64,000 nt of DNA from Actinomycetes bacterium (GTDB taxonomy: Bacteria > Actinomycetota > Thermoleophilia > BMS3ABIN01), in assembly GCA_021785935.1 (NCBI GenBank), contig JAJYOG010000007.1, positions 417-64,416 of the forward strand. The letters are read 5' to 3'. Under the pieces are notes generated by a model that did not search any database, had not been told where the DNA came from, and worked only from the letters and a program-made list of their open reading frames with translations. Every line of letters starts with the position of its first letter. Positions within the stretch are counted from its first letter, which is position 1. This document shows, piece by piece, positions 47,665 through 57,179 of the stretch. The position numbers were made by a program, and so were the translations under genes.

Positions 47665-48590
47665 TCTTCCTCCCAGATGTCGCCCTTGATGTTAAAGGAA
47701 AGCAGGGGCGGTTTGGCTTCAGGGTCTATGCCTGCCCGGTAGCCAAACATCTCCTGGATAACACGGTTCTGCTCATCAATCAACAACATCAAGGGTATCC
47801 CTACGGGGCAGGCGCGCTCGCATTCACCGCAACCGCTGCAACGGCCCGCAAGGTGATTCACGCGGATAAGCTGCATCATTTCTGCCTCGGCTGAGTTGAC
47901 GCCGCCGCCAATCCAGTGAGGATCGCGTGTCTGCATGATACAGACATCGCGGCAGAAACACATGGGGCAGGCTTCCCTGCAGGCATAACAGCGGATGCAG
48001 CGCGAATAATGATCGCGCCAGAAAGCCCGTCGCTCGACAGCGGACATCGAATAAAACTTTTCTCGTAGAGGATGATTGCCCGGATCTCCGGCGCCACCGT
48101 CGCGATCTTCGCAGCCCCGGCATTTTGCCACGATAAACTCTTCGCGCTCCGCCTCAGCGCTCGCAATCCGCAGCGAAGTTCCATCATCCTCAATAGAGGC
48201 GCCAAAGCCAAAACTGCGCCGGATCGATTTCACGTCAATCATACCCGGGCAGTCAACAGCGATCAGCTTCACCCGCTCCAGGTCGACTTCGCGTTCGGCG
48301 GCCAGCTGAACAATGCTGCGCGCATCGCAGCTCTTCGCCACTATCCCCACAGTCTTATCCTTGAGCCGCGGCAGTTGCACGGCCAGGTTATGAACGCAGG
48401 TGGAATCGAAAACCGCGTCTTCCGCTTCGCCGGCATTGTGAAAACGGGCGGGCGCGGCGGCGCCGGAACCGGTTGCCGTCCAGCCAAGAACAAACTCGGC
48501 TTCATCAAGAGCCTCGATGATTTTTGATTTCAGCTCACTCACTGGAGGGACCTGACCCTTTCGGTAAAATCGTCCACGACCTGTGCCCAT
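47661..48590 (-). CDS. flxC: FeS subunit FlxC-like (FrhB/FdhB-like fold)
   Basis: 309 aa. CIRCYACREACPMC and CSGCGECERACP motifs. Confidence 0.6.
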   Translation of the reverse strand: MGTGRGRFYRKGQVPPVSELKSKIIEALDEAEFVLGWTATGSGAAAPARFHNAGEAEDAVFDSTCVHNLAVQLPRLKDKTVGIVAKSCDARSIVQLAAEREVDLERVKLIAVDCPGMIDVKSIRRSFGFGASIEDDGTSLRIASAEAEREEFIVAKCRGCEDRDGGAGDPGNHPLREKFYSMSAVERRAFWRDHYSRCIRCYACREACPMCFCRDVCIMQTRDPHWIGGGVNSAEAEMMQLIRVNHLAGRCSGCGECERACPVGIPLMLLIDEQNRVIQEMFGYRAGIDPEAKPPLLSFNIKGDIWEEE

Positions 48591-48916
48591 CTCGCACCCT
48601 CGGAAGCACTGACCCAGGTGTACTGGAAGCGCTCGGAGGCAATCCCGAACGCCGGCAGCATGCGTGCCAGCAGCTCCAACCGCCGCCGGGCATAATAATT
48701 TCCATCGTTATAATGACAATCGCCGGGATGGCAGCCGCTGACCAGAACGCCGTCAGCTCCTTCCTGAAACGCTTTCAGGATCAGCAGCGGGTTAATCCGC
48801 CCGGTACAAGGCATGCGAACGATATGAAGATCGCCGGGCTGTTGTATCCGCGAAGTGCCTGCCATATCGGCGCCGGCGTATGAGCACCAGTTGCAGAGGA
48901 AGCCGATTAATTTCAT
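48539..48916 (-). CDS. flxD: MvhD-like [2Fe-2S] protein (FlxD)
   Basis: 125 aa. FLCNWCSYAGAD...CTGRINP...SGCHPGDCHY is the MvhD signature. Confidence 0.8.
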   Translation of the reverse strand: MKLIGFLCNWCSYAGADMAGTSRIQQPGDLHIVRMPCTGRINPLLILKAFQEGADGVLVSGCHPGDCHYNDGNYYARRRLELLARMLPAFGIASERFQYTWVSASEGARWAQVVDDFTERVRSLQ

Positions 48917-50868
48917 CTGAGCAGCTCCAGTGTCTCCGCGATAAGCTGGTTGTCAGTGTAGCCTTTGAGTGATATTACCGCCGGCGGGCAGGCGACGTTA
49001 CAGACGCCGCAACCATGGCAAAGGGAATCAACTACCCTGGCAGTCTGATGCCCATCGCGCGCTTCGACCGCTTCGATAGCATTGTAGGGGCAGACGTCGC
49101 GGCACTTGAAACAACCGGTGCAGCGAGTCTGATTCACCGCCGCGACCATCGGGCTCGTCTCCAGCTCGCCCTTCGAGAGCAGCCCGATTGCTTTCGCCGC
49201 GGCAGCGCTTGCCTGGGCTACTGAGCCGGGGATGTCCTTGGGCCCCTGGCAGGCGCCGGCCAGAAAGATGCCGCCGGTGTTAGTCTCCACCGGGCGCAGC
49301 TTCGGATGGCTCTCGGATAGAAATTCATACTGGTCGTAAGAAATATTCAGCTTACGCGCCAGCTCGCCGGCGCCCTCTGCCGCCGCGAACCCGGCCGCCA
49401 ATACTACCAGGTCGGCCTCGATCTCAACCTGCTCGCCGGAGAGCGTATCGGTGCCCATGACCATGAGCTTGCCCTTGCTGGGATAGATTTTGCCCACCCG
49501 GCCGCGCAGGTAGACGGCACCATATTCTTTTTGAGCCCGCCGTGTGAATTCTTCATAACCCTTGCCGCCGGCCCGTATATCTATATAGAAGACATACGAC
49601 TGGGATTCAGGTATGTGCTCCTTGGTCAGAATCGCCTGCTTGGCAATGTACATGCAGCCGACGCTGCAGCAGAAGGGCCGCCCCACCGACTCGTCACGCG
49701 AACCGACGCAGGAAATGAAGACAACCTGCCTGGGTTCCTCCCCGTCGGAAGGCCGCCGCACATGACCGCCCGTCGGTCCCGAAGCCGACAGCAGGCGCTC
49801 GTACTGCAGGGAAGTAATGACATCCGGATACTGGCCGCCGCCATAATCGGGATAGGCCTCGCGCCAGTCATATGGTTCATAACCAGTTGCGACCACAATT
49901 GCCCCGAACCTTTCGGTCGTAACCTCGTCTTCCTGCTCGTAGTCGATGGCGCCGGACTTGCAGACCTTCTTGCAGACGCCACACTTGCCCCTGATGAACT
50001 GGCGGCAGTGCTCCTTGCGCAGGTTTGCCACCAGCGGCACCGCCTGAGGAAAGGGAACGCTGATCGCCTTCGATTCGCCGACGCCGGCGTTAAACTCATC
50101 CGGCGCCCGGCTCGGGCACTTCTCCTGGCAGATCATGCAGCCCGTACATTTTTCCTCAATGACACAGGTTGCTTTCTTGCGGATATCGACTTCGAAGTTG
50201 CCGACATGGCCGCGCACCGTATCAACCTCGGAATTGACCATGAGATCGATTTGCTCATGCTGATTGGCCTCGACCATGCGCGGCGTCAAAATGCACGAGG
50301 AACAGTCCAGGGTCGGAAAGGTTTTGTCGAGCCGCGCCATGTTGCCCCCGATCGACGGACCGCGCTCGACCATGGTCACCGGCAGCCCCGCGTCGGCGAT
50401 GTCCAGCGCCGCCTGGATGCCGGCAACGCCGCCGCCGATGACGAGCACGCGATTGGTGACCGGCACCTTGCTCGAAAAAAGAGAGGCCTGTTTCCTGACC
50501 CTGGCCACGCCCATGCTCGTGAGATCGATGGCCTTACCGGTCGCCGTGTCAACATCTGAATGCACCCAGGAACAGTGCTCGCGGATGTTCACCATATCCA
50601 TCATGAATGGATTCAGACCGGCGCGGGTGACTGCACGCCGGAAGGTAGTTTCGTGCATCCGCGGTGAACAGGCGGCGATGACCACACGCGTTAGTTCCTT
50701 CTCCCGGATAGCGTCAATAATCGCGCGCTGCCCCGGATCTGAGCATGTGTACTGGATGGTCTCGGCGTGATGCACGTCGCGCAAAGACCCGGCCGCCGCC
50801 GCCTTCTCAGTGTCAACGGTGGCAGCGATATTGGTGCCGCACTGGCAGACAAAGACGCCGATGCGCAT
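48913..50868 (-). CDS. hdrA: Heterodisulfide reductase subunit A-like flavoprotein
   Basis: Start at MRIGVFVCQCG. FAD-binding GGGVAGIQAA and several 4Fe-4S motifs (CTGCMICQEKCP; CTGCFKCRDVCP; CHGCGVCNVACP). Confidence 0.85.
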   Translation of the reverse strand: MRIGVFVCQCGTNIAATVDTEKAAAAGSLRDVHHAETIQYTCSDPGQRAIIDAIREKELTRVVIAACSPRMHETTFRRAVTRAGLNPFMMDMVNIREHCSWVHSDVDTATGKAIDLTSMGVARVRKQASLFSSKVPVTNRVLVIGGGVAGIQAALDIADAGLPVTMVERGPSIGGNMARLDKTFPTLDCSSCILTPRMVEANQHEQIDLMVNSEVDTVRGHVGNFEVDIRKKATCVIEEKCTGCMICQEKCPSRAPDEFNAGVGESKAISVPFPQAVPLVANLRKEHCRQFIRGKCGVCKKVCKSGAIDYEQEDEVTTERFGAIVVATGYEPYDWREAYPDYGGGQYPDVITSLQYERLLSASGPTGGHVRRPSDGEEPRQVVFISCVGSRDESVGRPFCCSVGCMYIAKQAILTKEHIPESQSYVFYIDIRAGGKGYEEFTRRAQKEYGAVYLRGRVGKIYPSKGKLMVMGTDTLSGEQVEIEADLVVLAAGFAAAEGAGELARKLNISYDQYEFLSESHPKLRPVETNTGGIFLAGACQGPKDIPGSVAQASAAAAKAIGLLSKGELETSPMVAAVNQTRCTGCFKCRDVCPYNAIEAVEARDGHQTARVVDSLCHGCGVCNVACPPAVISLKGYTDNQLIAETLELLR

Positions 50869-50869
50869 C

Positions 50870-51826
50870 TTAGCTCGCCTCCCCAATCCCTGACAACGTG
50901 GCCGTTGGTTCGGTGGCATCTCCGCTCTTGGCCGGCGATGCCGGGTCGACCGCACTCCCGCTGATCTTTGCCAGCAGTTTGCGCGCGCTGACCATGTGGG
51001 CGTCGATGCCGAGATCGTCGGCGCTCAGACCCAGGGCCAGTCCCAGGACCTGGGAAAAATAGAGGATTGGCATCTCCAGCGATATACCGTACGTTTTGTT
51101 GATCTGGCTCTGCCGCAGATCGAGGTTTTGATGACACAGCGGACACGCCGTGATGATGGCATCAAAACCAAGGTCTTTGGCCACCTCAATTATCCGGCGG
51201 CCGGCCCTCAGAACAATCTCCTTTTTCGCGAGCCCCATGTAGGAACCGCAGCATTCACTCTTAAAGGGGAAATGATCGGACTGAGCGCCAGTGGCCCGGA
51301 GCAGCGGCTTCATGCTCACCGGATTGCGGGCGTTATCAAAATTCATGATCTTGGCGGGACGGGTGAGCAGGCAGCCGTAATAAGTTGCCAGGTTCAGCCC
51401 CTCCAGCCGCCCCTGTGCCCGCTCGGCTAGCGCCTCCGGCGAGATCTCGCGGTCAAAAAGTTCGACCAGATTCAAAATTTCGATTTGATAGCGCAGCGGC
51501 TCGCGCAGAATTCGCGATGTCTGCTCACGGAGCTCTGCGCTCGCCGCCAGTTCGTGCTGCGCATTTTTATGGCGGTTGTAGCAGCCGGCGCAGGGGGCCA
51601 CCATAGCCTCGTGCCCATAGCCGGCGATGTGCAGATTGCGGGCCGGAAGCATAACGCCGAGATTGCCGCCCCAATGGTGCGGAGCCGGGGAGGCCCCGCA
51701 ACAGTTCCAGTCATTGATCTCGTCCAGCCCGATGCCGAGGGTGCCGGCTACCAGCCGGAACGACGTATCATATTCTCCGGCGGAGCTGGTGAGCGAACAG
51801 CCTGGGAAGTAAGAGTAAGCGCTCAT
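50870..51826 (-). CDS. hdrB: Heterodisulfide reductase subunit B-like (CCG domains)
   Basis: 318 aa. Two CCG-type Cys-rich domains (NCCGAS; ECCGSY). Confidence 0.8.
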   Translation of the reverse strand: MSAYSYFPGCSLTSSAGEYDTSFRLVAGTLGIGLDEINDWNCCGASPAPHHWGGNLGVMLPARNLHIAGYGHEAMVAPCAGCYNRHKNAQHELAASAELREQTSRILREPLRYQIEILNLVELFDREISPEALAERAQGRLEGLNLATYYGCLLTRPAKIMNFDNARNPVSMKPLLRATGAQSDHFPFKSECCGSYMGLAKKEIVLRAGRRIIEVAKDLGFDAIITACPLCHQNLDLRQSQINKTYGISLEMPILYFSQVLGLALGLSADDLGIDAHMVSARKLLAKISGSAVDPASPAKSGDATEPTATLSGIGEAS

Positions 51827-52425
51827 TTGCCGCCGCCATGCCGGTCGCTATTGCCGTTGCCGCCGCCGTTGCCGTTGACTTCATGGAATATCCGATGTAT
51901 CTCGCGCCGGTTTCTTATCTTTGGCGGAACGATGTGTACCTTCTTCCTTCTGAGGATAAGCGGCACGACTGCCAGATCGTTAAAGGGCTTGAAGCTGCGC
52001 AGGTTGATCCAGGTAAGCAGCCGGGCTTCGTGCAGACGCCCGTGCCGCCTGACATTTTTAAGGAATGCCCGGCGGAAGAGCCGGATGCTCTTCTCCTTAT
52101 TCACCCGGATACCATGTTCATCCGCGATCATTTTTACCTGTTCGATCACGTTGGCGACGTCAATGGTCATCGGGCAGCGCGAAGAGCAGGTCATGCAGTC
52201 GAAACAAAGCTGCGCCGTACGCGAGTTCAGCACCTTGTCGACCTGGCCCAGCTGTAATAGCCGCATGATGCGGTGGGGAGGATAGTCAAAAGCAAAAGCA
52301 GCTGCGCATGTTGACGTGCAGCGGCCACACTGATAGCAGGCAGAAACGCGCTCGCCGGAGCGGCGCTCAATATCGGCGACAAGCGCGGCGCCGTCCGCAA
52401 TGGTTGTGGATACCCGGATAGCCAA
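51823..52425 (-). CDS. hdrC: Heterodisulfide reductase subunit C-like (2x[4Fe-4S])
   Basis: 200 aa. CYQCGRCTSTC and CFDCMTCSSRCP motifs. Confidence 0.8.
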   Translation of the reverse strand: MAIRVSTTIADGAALVADIERRSGERVSACYQCGRCTSTCAAAFAFDYPPHRIMRLLQLGQVDKVLNSRTAQLCFDCMTCSSRCPMTIDVANVIEQVKMIADEHGIRVNKEKSIRLFRRAFLKNVRRHGRLHEARLLTWINLRSFKPFNDLAVVPLILRRKKVHIVPPKIRNRREIHRIFHEVNGNGGGNGNSDRHGGGK

Positions 52426-52544
52426 GAAAGCCCTGCTCCCATGCCCCCACAGATAACAGAAAACCCGCCGGCGCCCAATCCCCTGATAATTTCTATTTCA
52501 AGATCCTTGCGGGAACGCAGTCACATACAGGAAGGCCGGCGAGC

Positions 52545-52582
52545 TTGTGAAACATTTCCCAATATTTGTGAAAAGTTTAACA
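52545..52582. promoter_or_regulatory. Two Rex-like half-palindromic boxes (TTGTGAA-ACAT-TTCCCAA and TTGTGAA-AAGT-TTAACAG) 120-160 bp upstream of hdrC
   Basis: Read directly. The Rex consensus is TTGTGAA-N4-TTCACAA, and the first box matches with 2 mismatches in the right half. NADH-sensing Rex commonly controls Flx/Hdr-type operons. Confidence 0.3.
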
Positions 52583-52697
52583 GCCAGACGCAGGTAAGTC
52601 AATGATGTTTTAAAAAGCCTGACTAAAGCCCTGGTAATTGAGAGATTGTGCCGCCGAACGATCCTGGAATTGTGGTGGTTTTCATCGCATCGGGCTG

Positions 52698-53768
52698 CTA
52701 GGGATAGTCAACCGGCTGGTAGGCACTGTCGCGCTGCACTGGCCTGCGGCCGGCGTCCCGGATGGCGGCTACCAGCTCTTCCTTGCCTACCCTGTAGCTG
52801 ATACCGGCTGCCGCAACCACATTCTCCTCGATCATGGTGCTGCCCATGTCATTGGCGCCGAAGAGGAGTGAAATCTGAGCCACCTTGATCCCCTGGGTCA
52901 CCCATGAAGCCTGGATGCTGGGCACGTTATCAAGGTAGATACGGCTGACTGCCAGCGTCATCAGGTAATCGATACCGCTGGAGGATGATGTGCCGGCAAG
53001 CTGGGTGTTATCCTCCTGGAAGGTCCAGGGGATAAAGGCGCGGAAGCCGCCGGTTTCGTCCTGTAGCTCGCGCACCCGCCGCAGGTGCTCGATGCGGTCC
53101 GCCCCGGTTTCGACGCTGCCGAACATCATCGTCGCTGTTGACTTAAGGCCGGCTTTGTGGGCGACGCCCATGACCTGGAGCCAGGTATCGGCGTCGATCT
53201 TTTTCGGGCTCATGCGCTGGCGCACATCGTTGACCAGGATCTCGGCGCCGCCGCCAGGCAGCGAATCCAGGCCGGCGTCACGCAGGCGCGCCACGGTCTC
53301 TTCAAGCGGCAGCCTGCTTACCTTCGAAATGTGAAAAATCTCGGGGGGCGACAAGGAGTGGATGGTGATGTCGTACCGTTCCTTGATGGCGCCGAAAAGG
53401 TCTTCGTAATAAGCAATGTCGAGCTTGGGATGCAGCCCGCCCTGCATCATGATGCCAGTGCCGCCAAGCTCGATCGTCTCCTCGATCTTGGCAAAAATTT
53501 CTTCATGGGTGAGAAGATAGCCCTCATCGGATCCAAGCGGCCGGTGGAAGGCGCAGAAATCGCAGCCGGTAACGCAGAAATTGGTGTAGTTGATGTTGCG
53601 GTCGACGATGAAGGTGACGTCGTTCCCCGGATGCAGGCGGCGGCGGACAGCATCGGCTGCCTGACCGGCGGCGATTAGTTCTTGGCTCTCCAAAAGCTCG
53701 AGCGCCTCCGACTCGCTGATACGCTCTCCAACCCTGGCTTTATCTATAATTTTAGTTAGCGGTATCAA
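52698..53768 (-). CDS. mqnC: Radical-SAM futalosine-pathway enzyme, MqnC-like (cyclic dehypoxanthinyl futalosine synthase)
   Basis: 356 aa. CxxxCxxC (CVTGCDFCAF) and the MqnC/MqnE family C-terminal domain. Called MqnC rather than MqnE by position after mqnA; the assignment could be swapped. Confidence 0.6.
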   Translation of the reverse strand: MIPLTKIIDKARVGERISESEALELLESQELIAAGQAADAVRRRLHPGNDVTFIVDRNINYTNFCVTGCDFCAFHRPLGSDEGYLLTHEEIFAKIEETIELGGTGIMMQGGLHPKLDIAYYEDLFGAIKERYDITIHSLSPPEIFHISKVSRLPLEETVARLRDAGLDSLPGGGAEILVNDVRQRMSPKKIDADTWLQVMGVAHKAGLKSTATMMFGSVETGADRIEHLRRVRELQDETGGFRAFIPWTFQEDNTQLAGTSSSSGIDYLMTLAVSRIYLDNVPSIQASWVTQGIKVAQISLLFGANDMGSTMIEENVVAAAGISYRVGKEELVAAIRDAGRRPVQRDSAYQPVDYP

Positions 53769-54655
53769 GAAATAAACTTAAGTTCCGGGGCGCCGGTGAT
53801 AGCCCCAATATCAGCCGCCCGCCGGTAGTATTCTTCGAGTCCCAACCTGAATTCATTAGTGAAATCATAACGAAGCTTGGCGAAATAGGCGCGCAGGAGC
53901 TCTGTCTCAAAGGGATATTCCCTGGCCGCGGCCGCTACCACTTCGTCCCAGTGCGAGCGGCAATAGTCTACCGAGTACAGCAATCGCTCTTCAATCTCGA
54001 AAGTCTCATCGGGCCGCGCGGCAAAGAAATCCCGCGACACCGCCCAAAGGGCAAAGACCATGGGCAGGCCGGTGAACTCTTTCCATTCAATGCCAAGGTC
54101 GTAACAATAATCCCAGCTGCCGAGGAAACAGGCTTCGAGAGCCTGATCCCCGATCAGCAGCACCGCGTTGTGACTTTCAAGCGCCTCGGCGGTGCCAGAT
54201 TCCAGTTGCGAAAAAGACGCGTCAATCGCGTACTTTTGCTTGAGTAAAATTTTGAGCAGCACCACGGATGTCGCGCTCTGCCCGGTCAGGGCCACAGATG
54301 AGACTTTCTCAAAAGGAACGCGCGAGATCAGGCGGATGCTGTCGACGGCGCCGTCCGCTGTTATGGAGAGTCGGGGGAAGAGCAACAGCTTATCCGCGTT
54401 CCCTGCATACTCAATGGAAGAGATGGGGCTGATATCCAGCTTGCCCTCGAGTAAAAGGCCGTTTAAGTAGGTAGGTACGCCGCGGACGAGATTGAAGCAG
54501 TTCCAACCCGCTCCCTGTTCGAGGCCGTAATAGAGCGGATAGCCATTTAGAAATTCAAAGTGGCCGATGTTGATGGTGGCCGTTTCCTGCGGACCCTGCC
54601 CGGCAGCCGGTGCCATGGCCGGCTCGGCGCCGCTGTTGTTTTCCTCAGGCTTCAT
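53765..54655 (-). CDS. mqnA: MqnA/MqnD-family protein (chorismate dehydratase-like, futalosine pathway)
   Basis: INIGHFEFLNGYPLYYGL matches the MqnA N-terminal motif, with a periplasmic-binding-protein-like fold. Start taken at the internal Met (MKPEENN). Confidence 0.6.
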   Translation of the reverse strand: MKPEENNSGAEPAMAPAAGQGPQETATINIGHFEFLNGYPLYYGLEQGAGWNCFNLVRGVPTYLNGLLLEGKLDISPISSIEYAGNADKLLLFPRLSITADGAVDSIRLISRVPFEKVSSVALTGQSATSVVLLKILLKQKYAIDASFSQLESGTAEALESHNAVLLIGDQALEACFLGSWDYCYDLGIEWKEFTGLPMVFALWAVSRDFFAARPDETFEIEERLLYSVDYCRSHWDEVVAAAAREYPFETELLRAYFAKLRYDFTNEFRLGLEEYYRRAADIGAITGAPELKFIS

Positions 54656-55727
54656 ACCTGCGCATCTCGTTGTAGAGAGTGTCACGCTCGACCGGCACGC
54701 GCCCGGCGTCACGGATCAGCCGGATGAGCTCGTCCTTGGCGATGGCCTCTTCGGTCTCAGCGCCGGCGGCATGGGTGATCTTCTCCTCGACCACAGTGCC
54801 ATCGATGTCGTTGACGCCGAAGTGGAGCGAAATCTGCGCCACCTTGATCCCCAGCATGATCCAGAAAGCCTTGATGTTCTGAAAATTGTCGAGCATGAGG
54901 CGGCTGACCGCCAGCATCTTCAGATCCTCAATGCCGCTGGTTCCGGACAACTCCGAGAGCTCGGTATTGGCGGGATGAAACGCCAGCGGGATGAAGCTGC
55001 CGAAACCGCCGGTTTCATCCTGGAGTTCACGCAGGCGCACCAGATGATCGATGCGCTCTTCCAGGGTCTCCACATGGCCGTAAAGCATGGTCGCGTTTGA
55101 CTTGATACCTACTTTGTGGGCGGTGCGCATGACCTCGAGCCACTTCCCTCCTGAGATCTTCTTGTCGCAGACAATGCCGCGCACGCGCTCGGCAAAGATC
55201 TCGGCGCCGCCGCCCGGCATGCTGCCCAGGCCGGCTGCTTTCATCTCCCGGAGCACTTCTTCCTCTGTACGCTTTGTGCGTTTGGCGAAGAAGGCAATCT
55301 CACTGGCGGTAAACGCCTGCAGATGCACATCCGGATCGAGCCCCCGCAGCGAGCGGATCATCTCCAGGTAGTAATCGTAAGGCAACGAGGGATGCTCCCC
55401 ACCGACGATATGCAGTTCGGTGATGTTGTCGGCCAGCGATTCGCGAGCCCGGTCGAGAACTTCCTCCAGGGTCATGGTGTAGGCGTCATCGGCCCCCTCG
55501 TCGGCGCTGAAGGCACAGAACTTGCAGCGGTTACCGCAAACATTGGTGTGGTTGATATGGCGGTTGTTAATGAAAAAGACATCATCGCCGGCAATGCGGC
55601 GCCTGGCAGCGTCGGCCAGCTCACCGACTTTCAAGAGATCTTCCGTCTCCAGGAGCGCTACGCCGTCCTCGAAAGACAGCCGCTGCCCCGCTCTTACTTT
55701 TTCCGCAATAGCATTCATGGCATTCAT
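54645..55727 (-). CDS. mqnE: Radical-SAM futalosine-pathway enzyme, MqnE-like (aminodeoxyfutalosine synthase)
   Basis: 360 aa. CGNRCKFCAF radical-SAM motif. Paralogous to the gene at 52698-53768. Confidence 0.6.
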   Translation of the reverse strand: MNAMNAIAEKVRAGQRLSFEDGVALLETEDLLKVGELADAARRRIAGDDVFFINNRHINHTNVCGNRCKFCAFSADEGADDAYTMTLEEVLDRARESLADNITELHIVGGEHPSLPYDYYLEMIRSLRGLDPDVHLQAFTASEIAFFAKRTKRTEEEVLREMKAAGLGSMPGGGAEIFAERVRGIVCDKKISGGKWLEVMRTAHKVGIKSNATMLYGHVETLEERIDHLVRLRELQDETGGFGSFIPLAFHPANTELSELSGTSGIEDLKMLAVSRLMLDNFQNIKAFWIMLGIKVAQISLHFGVNDIDGTVVEEKITHAAGAETEEAIAKDELIRLIRDAGRVPVERDTLYNEMRRYEA

Positions 55728-55879
55728 GGGGACGTACGTTTCCTATGTTTCCTAACTTCAGTAATCATTAGAGCTTCATTCTTTCAACTCATTTTCGCAG
55801 TCTATCGATCCAGATAGAAGATGTTCTCTTTCTGTTCCCGGGCAAGTCGAGTTAGGAAACATAGGAAACGTACGTCCCC
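55728..55879. repeat. 152-bp MITE-like element: two perfect 29-bp inverted repeats (GGGGACGTACGTTTCCTATGTTTCCTAAC ... GTTAGGAAACATAGGAAACGTACGTCCCC) flanking a 94-bp AT-richer core
   Basis: Read directly. Arms at 55728-55756 and 55851-55879. The element exactly fills the spacer between the M16 peptidase stop (55884) and the mqnE start codon (55727). Each arm carries an internal direct repeat GTTTCCTA x2. Confidence 0.8.
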
Positions 55880-55883
55880 GCCC

Positions 55884-57179
55884 TCAGCTTTTCTTCACTT
55901 CAAGCTGGCGCTGTCCACCCAAAATATCGAGCGCCTTTTCAAAAACTTTCACGTCGGGGCCAATGGCGACCGCGACCATATCCTCGGGCCGGTAAAGATC
56001 AGCCGCCAGCTGCCTTACGTCGGCGGCGGTAACTGCATCTATTCGTTCGATTATCTCATCCATCGAGAGGATATCGGATCCCGTCACCGTCAGCTTGCCC
56101 AGGCGGCTCATGCGGTTGTGGGTTGTTTCCATCCCCAGCACGGTGCGTCCCTTGGCGTTCTCTTTGGCTCGCGTCAACTCGCCATCATCCACACCATTCT
56201 CGACGATCGACTGCAGCTGCCCGGTGACGATTCCCGTGACCTCGGAGACGCTTTCGCCCCGGCACCCGAAATAGATGCCGACCAGCCCCGAGTCGGAATA
56301 AAGCGTGCTGAAGGAGTAAACCGAATACGCAAGCCCCCGTTTGTCCCTAACCTCCTGGAACAGGCGCGAACTCGCAGATCCTCCCAAAATGCCATCGAGA
56401 ATTGTGAGGGCAAAACGCCGATCTGAGTGGCGCGTAAGCCCCAGCCCGCCAAAACAGACGTGGTATTGCTGGGTATCCTTCTCGTAAAAACAGGCATTTT
56501 CAGCTACCTTGCGGGCGGGTGCCGTCACTGTCCTGGCCTGACTGGCGGCGCCGTTGCCGGCGGCCAGATGCCGGGTTGCCAGCTCCACCAGCTGCTCCTG
56601 TTCGATATTTCCCGCGGCCGCCACCACCATATTCGGCAAGGTGTAATGTCCGCTATGGTAACCCTTTATCTGTTCGGGAGTAACGGCGGCTATTATCTGC
56701 GTTGTTCCCAGGACACTCTTACCCAGCGGATGGCCGTTAAAGATCGCCTGGGTGAGGTAATCCGTGATCAGCTCGCCGGGGGAATCCTCATACATAGCAA
56801 TCTCCTCAACAACCACCTCACGCTCGAGGTCGATCTCGGCAAATACCGGGTGCACGACCATGTCGGCCATGACCTCGAAGGCTTCATCCAGGTGCTCATC
56901 CAGGAAGCGGGCATGCACAACGGTGTACTCACGCGCGGTGGCGGCGTTGAGTTCGCCTCCGAAGGAATCAAAGATCTGCGCGATCTCAACCGCGTTATAC
57001 TTCGAGCCACCCTTGAACAGCAAGTGCTCGATGAAATGGCTGACGCCACTCTCTTCGGGCTGCTCGTAACGGGAACCGGCGCCGATCCAGAAGCCTAAAG
57101 AGATGGAGCGGACGGACCGCAGCTTTTCGCTGACGACCCGCCCGCCCCCTTCAAGCTGTTTCAGCTTATAGCTTCGGAT
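55884..57179 (-). CDS. M16-family (pitrilysin/insulinase) zinc peptidase; 5' end has no canonical start codon
   Basis: HFIEH inverted zincin motif lies upstream of the ORF-track start. The frame is open back to 57179 (IRSYKLKQLEGGGRVVSEKLRSVRSISLGFWIGAGSRYEQPEESGVSHFIEHLLFKGG) with no ATG/GTG/TTG before the TTG at 57023. Confidence 0.75.
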   Translation of the reverse strand: MRSYKLKQLEGGGRVVSEKLRSVRSISLGFWIGAGSRYEQPEESGVSHFIEHLLFKGGSKYNAVEIAQIFDSFGGELNAATAREYTVVHARFLDEHLDEAFEVMADMVVHPVFAEIDLEREVVVEEIAMYEDSPGELITDYLTQAIFNGHPLGKSVLGTTQIIAAVTPEQIKGYHSGHYTLPNMVVAAAGNIEQEQLVELATRHLAAGNGAASQARTVTAPARKVAENACFYEKDTQQYHVCFGGLGLTRHSDRRFALTILDGILGGSASSRLFQEVRDKRGLAYSVYSFSTLYSDSGLVGIYFGCRGESVSEVTGIVTGQLQSIVENGVDDGELTRAKENAKGRTVLGMETTHNRMSRLGKLTVTGSDILSMDEIIERIDAVTAADVRQLAADLYRPEDMVAVAIGPDVKVFEKALDILGGQRQLEVKKS

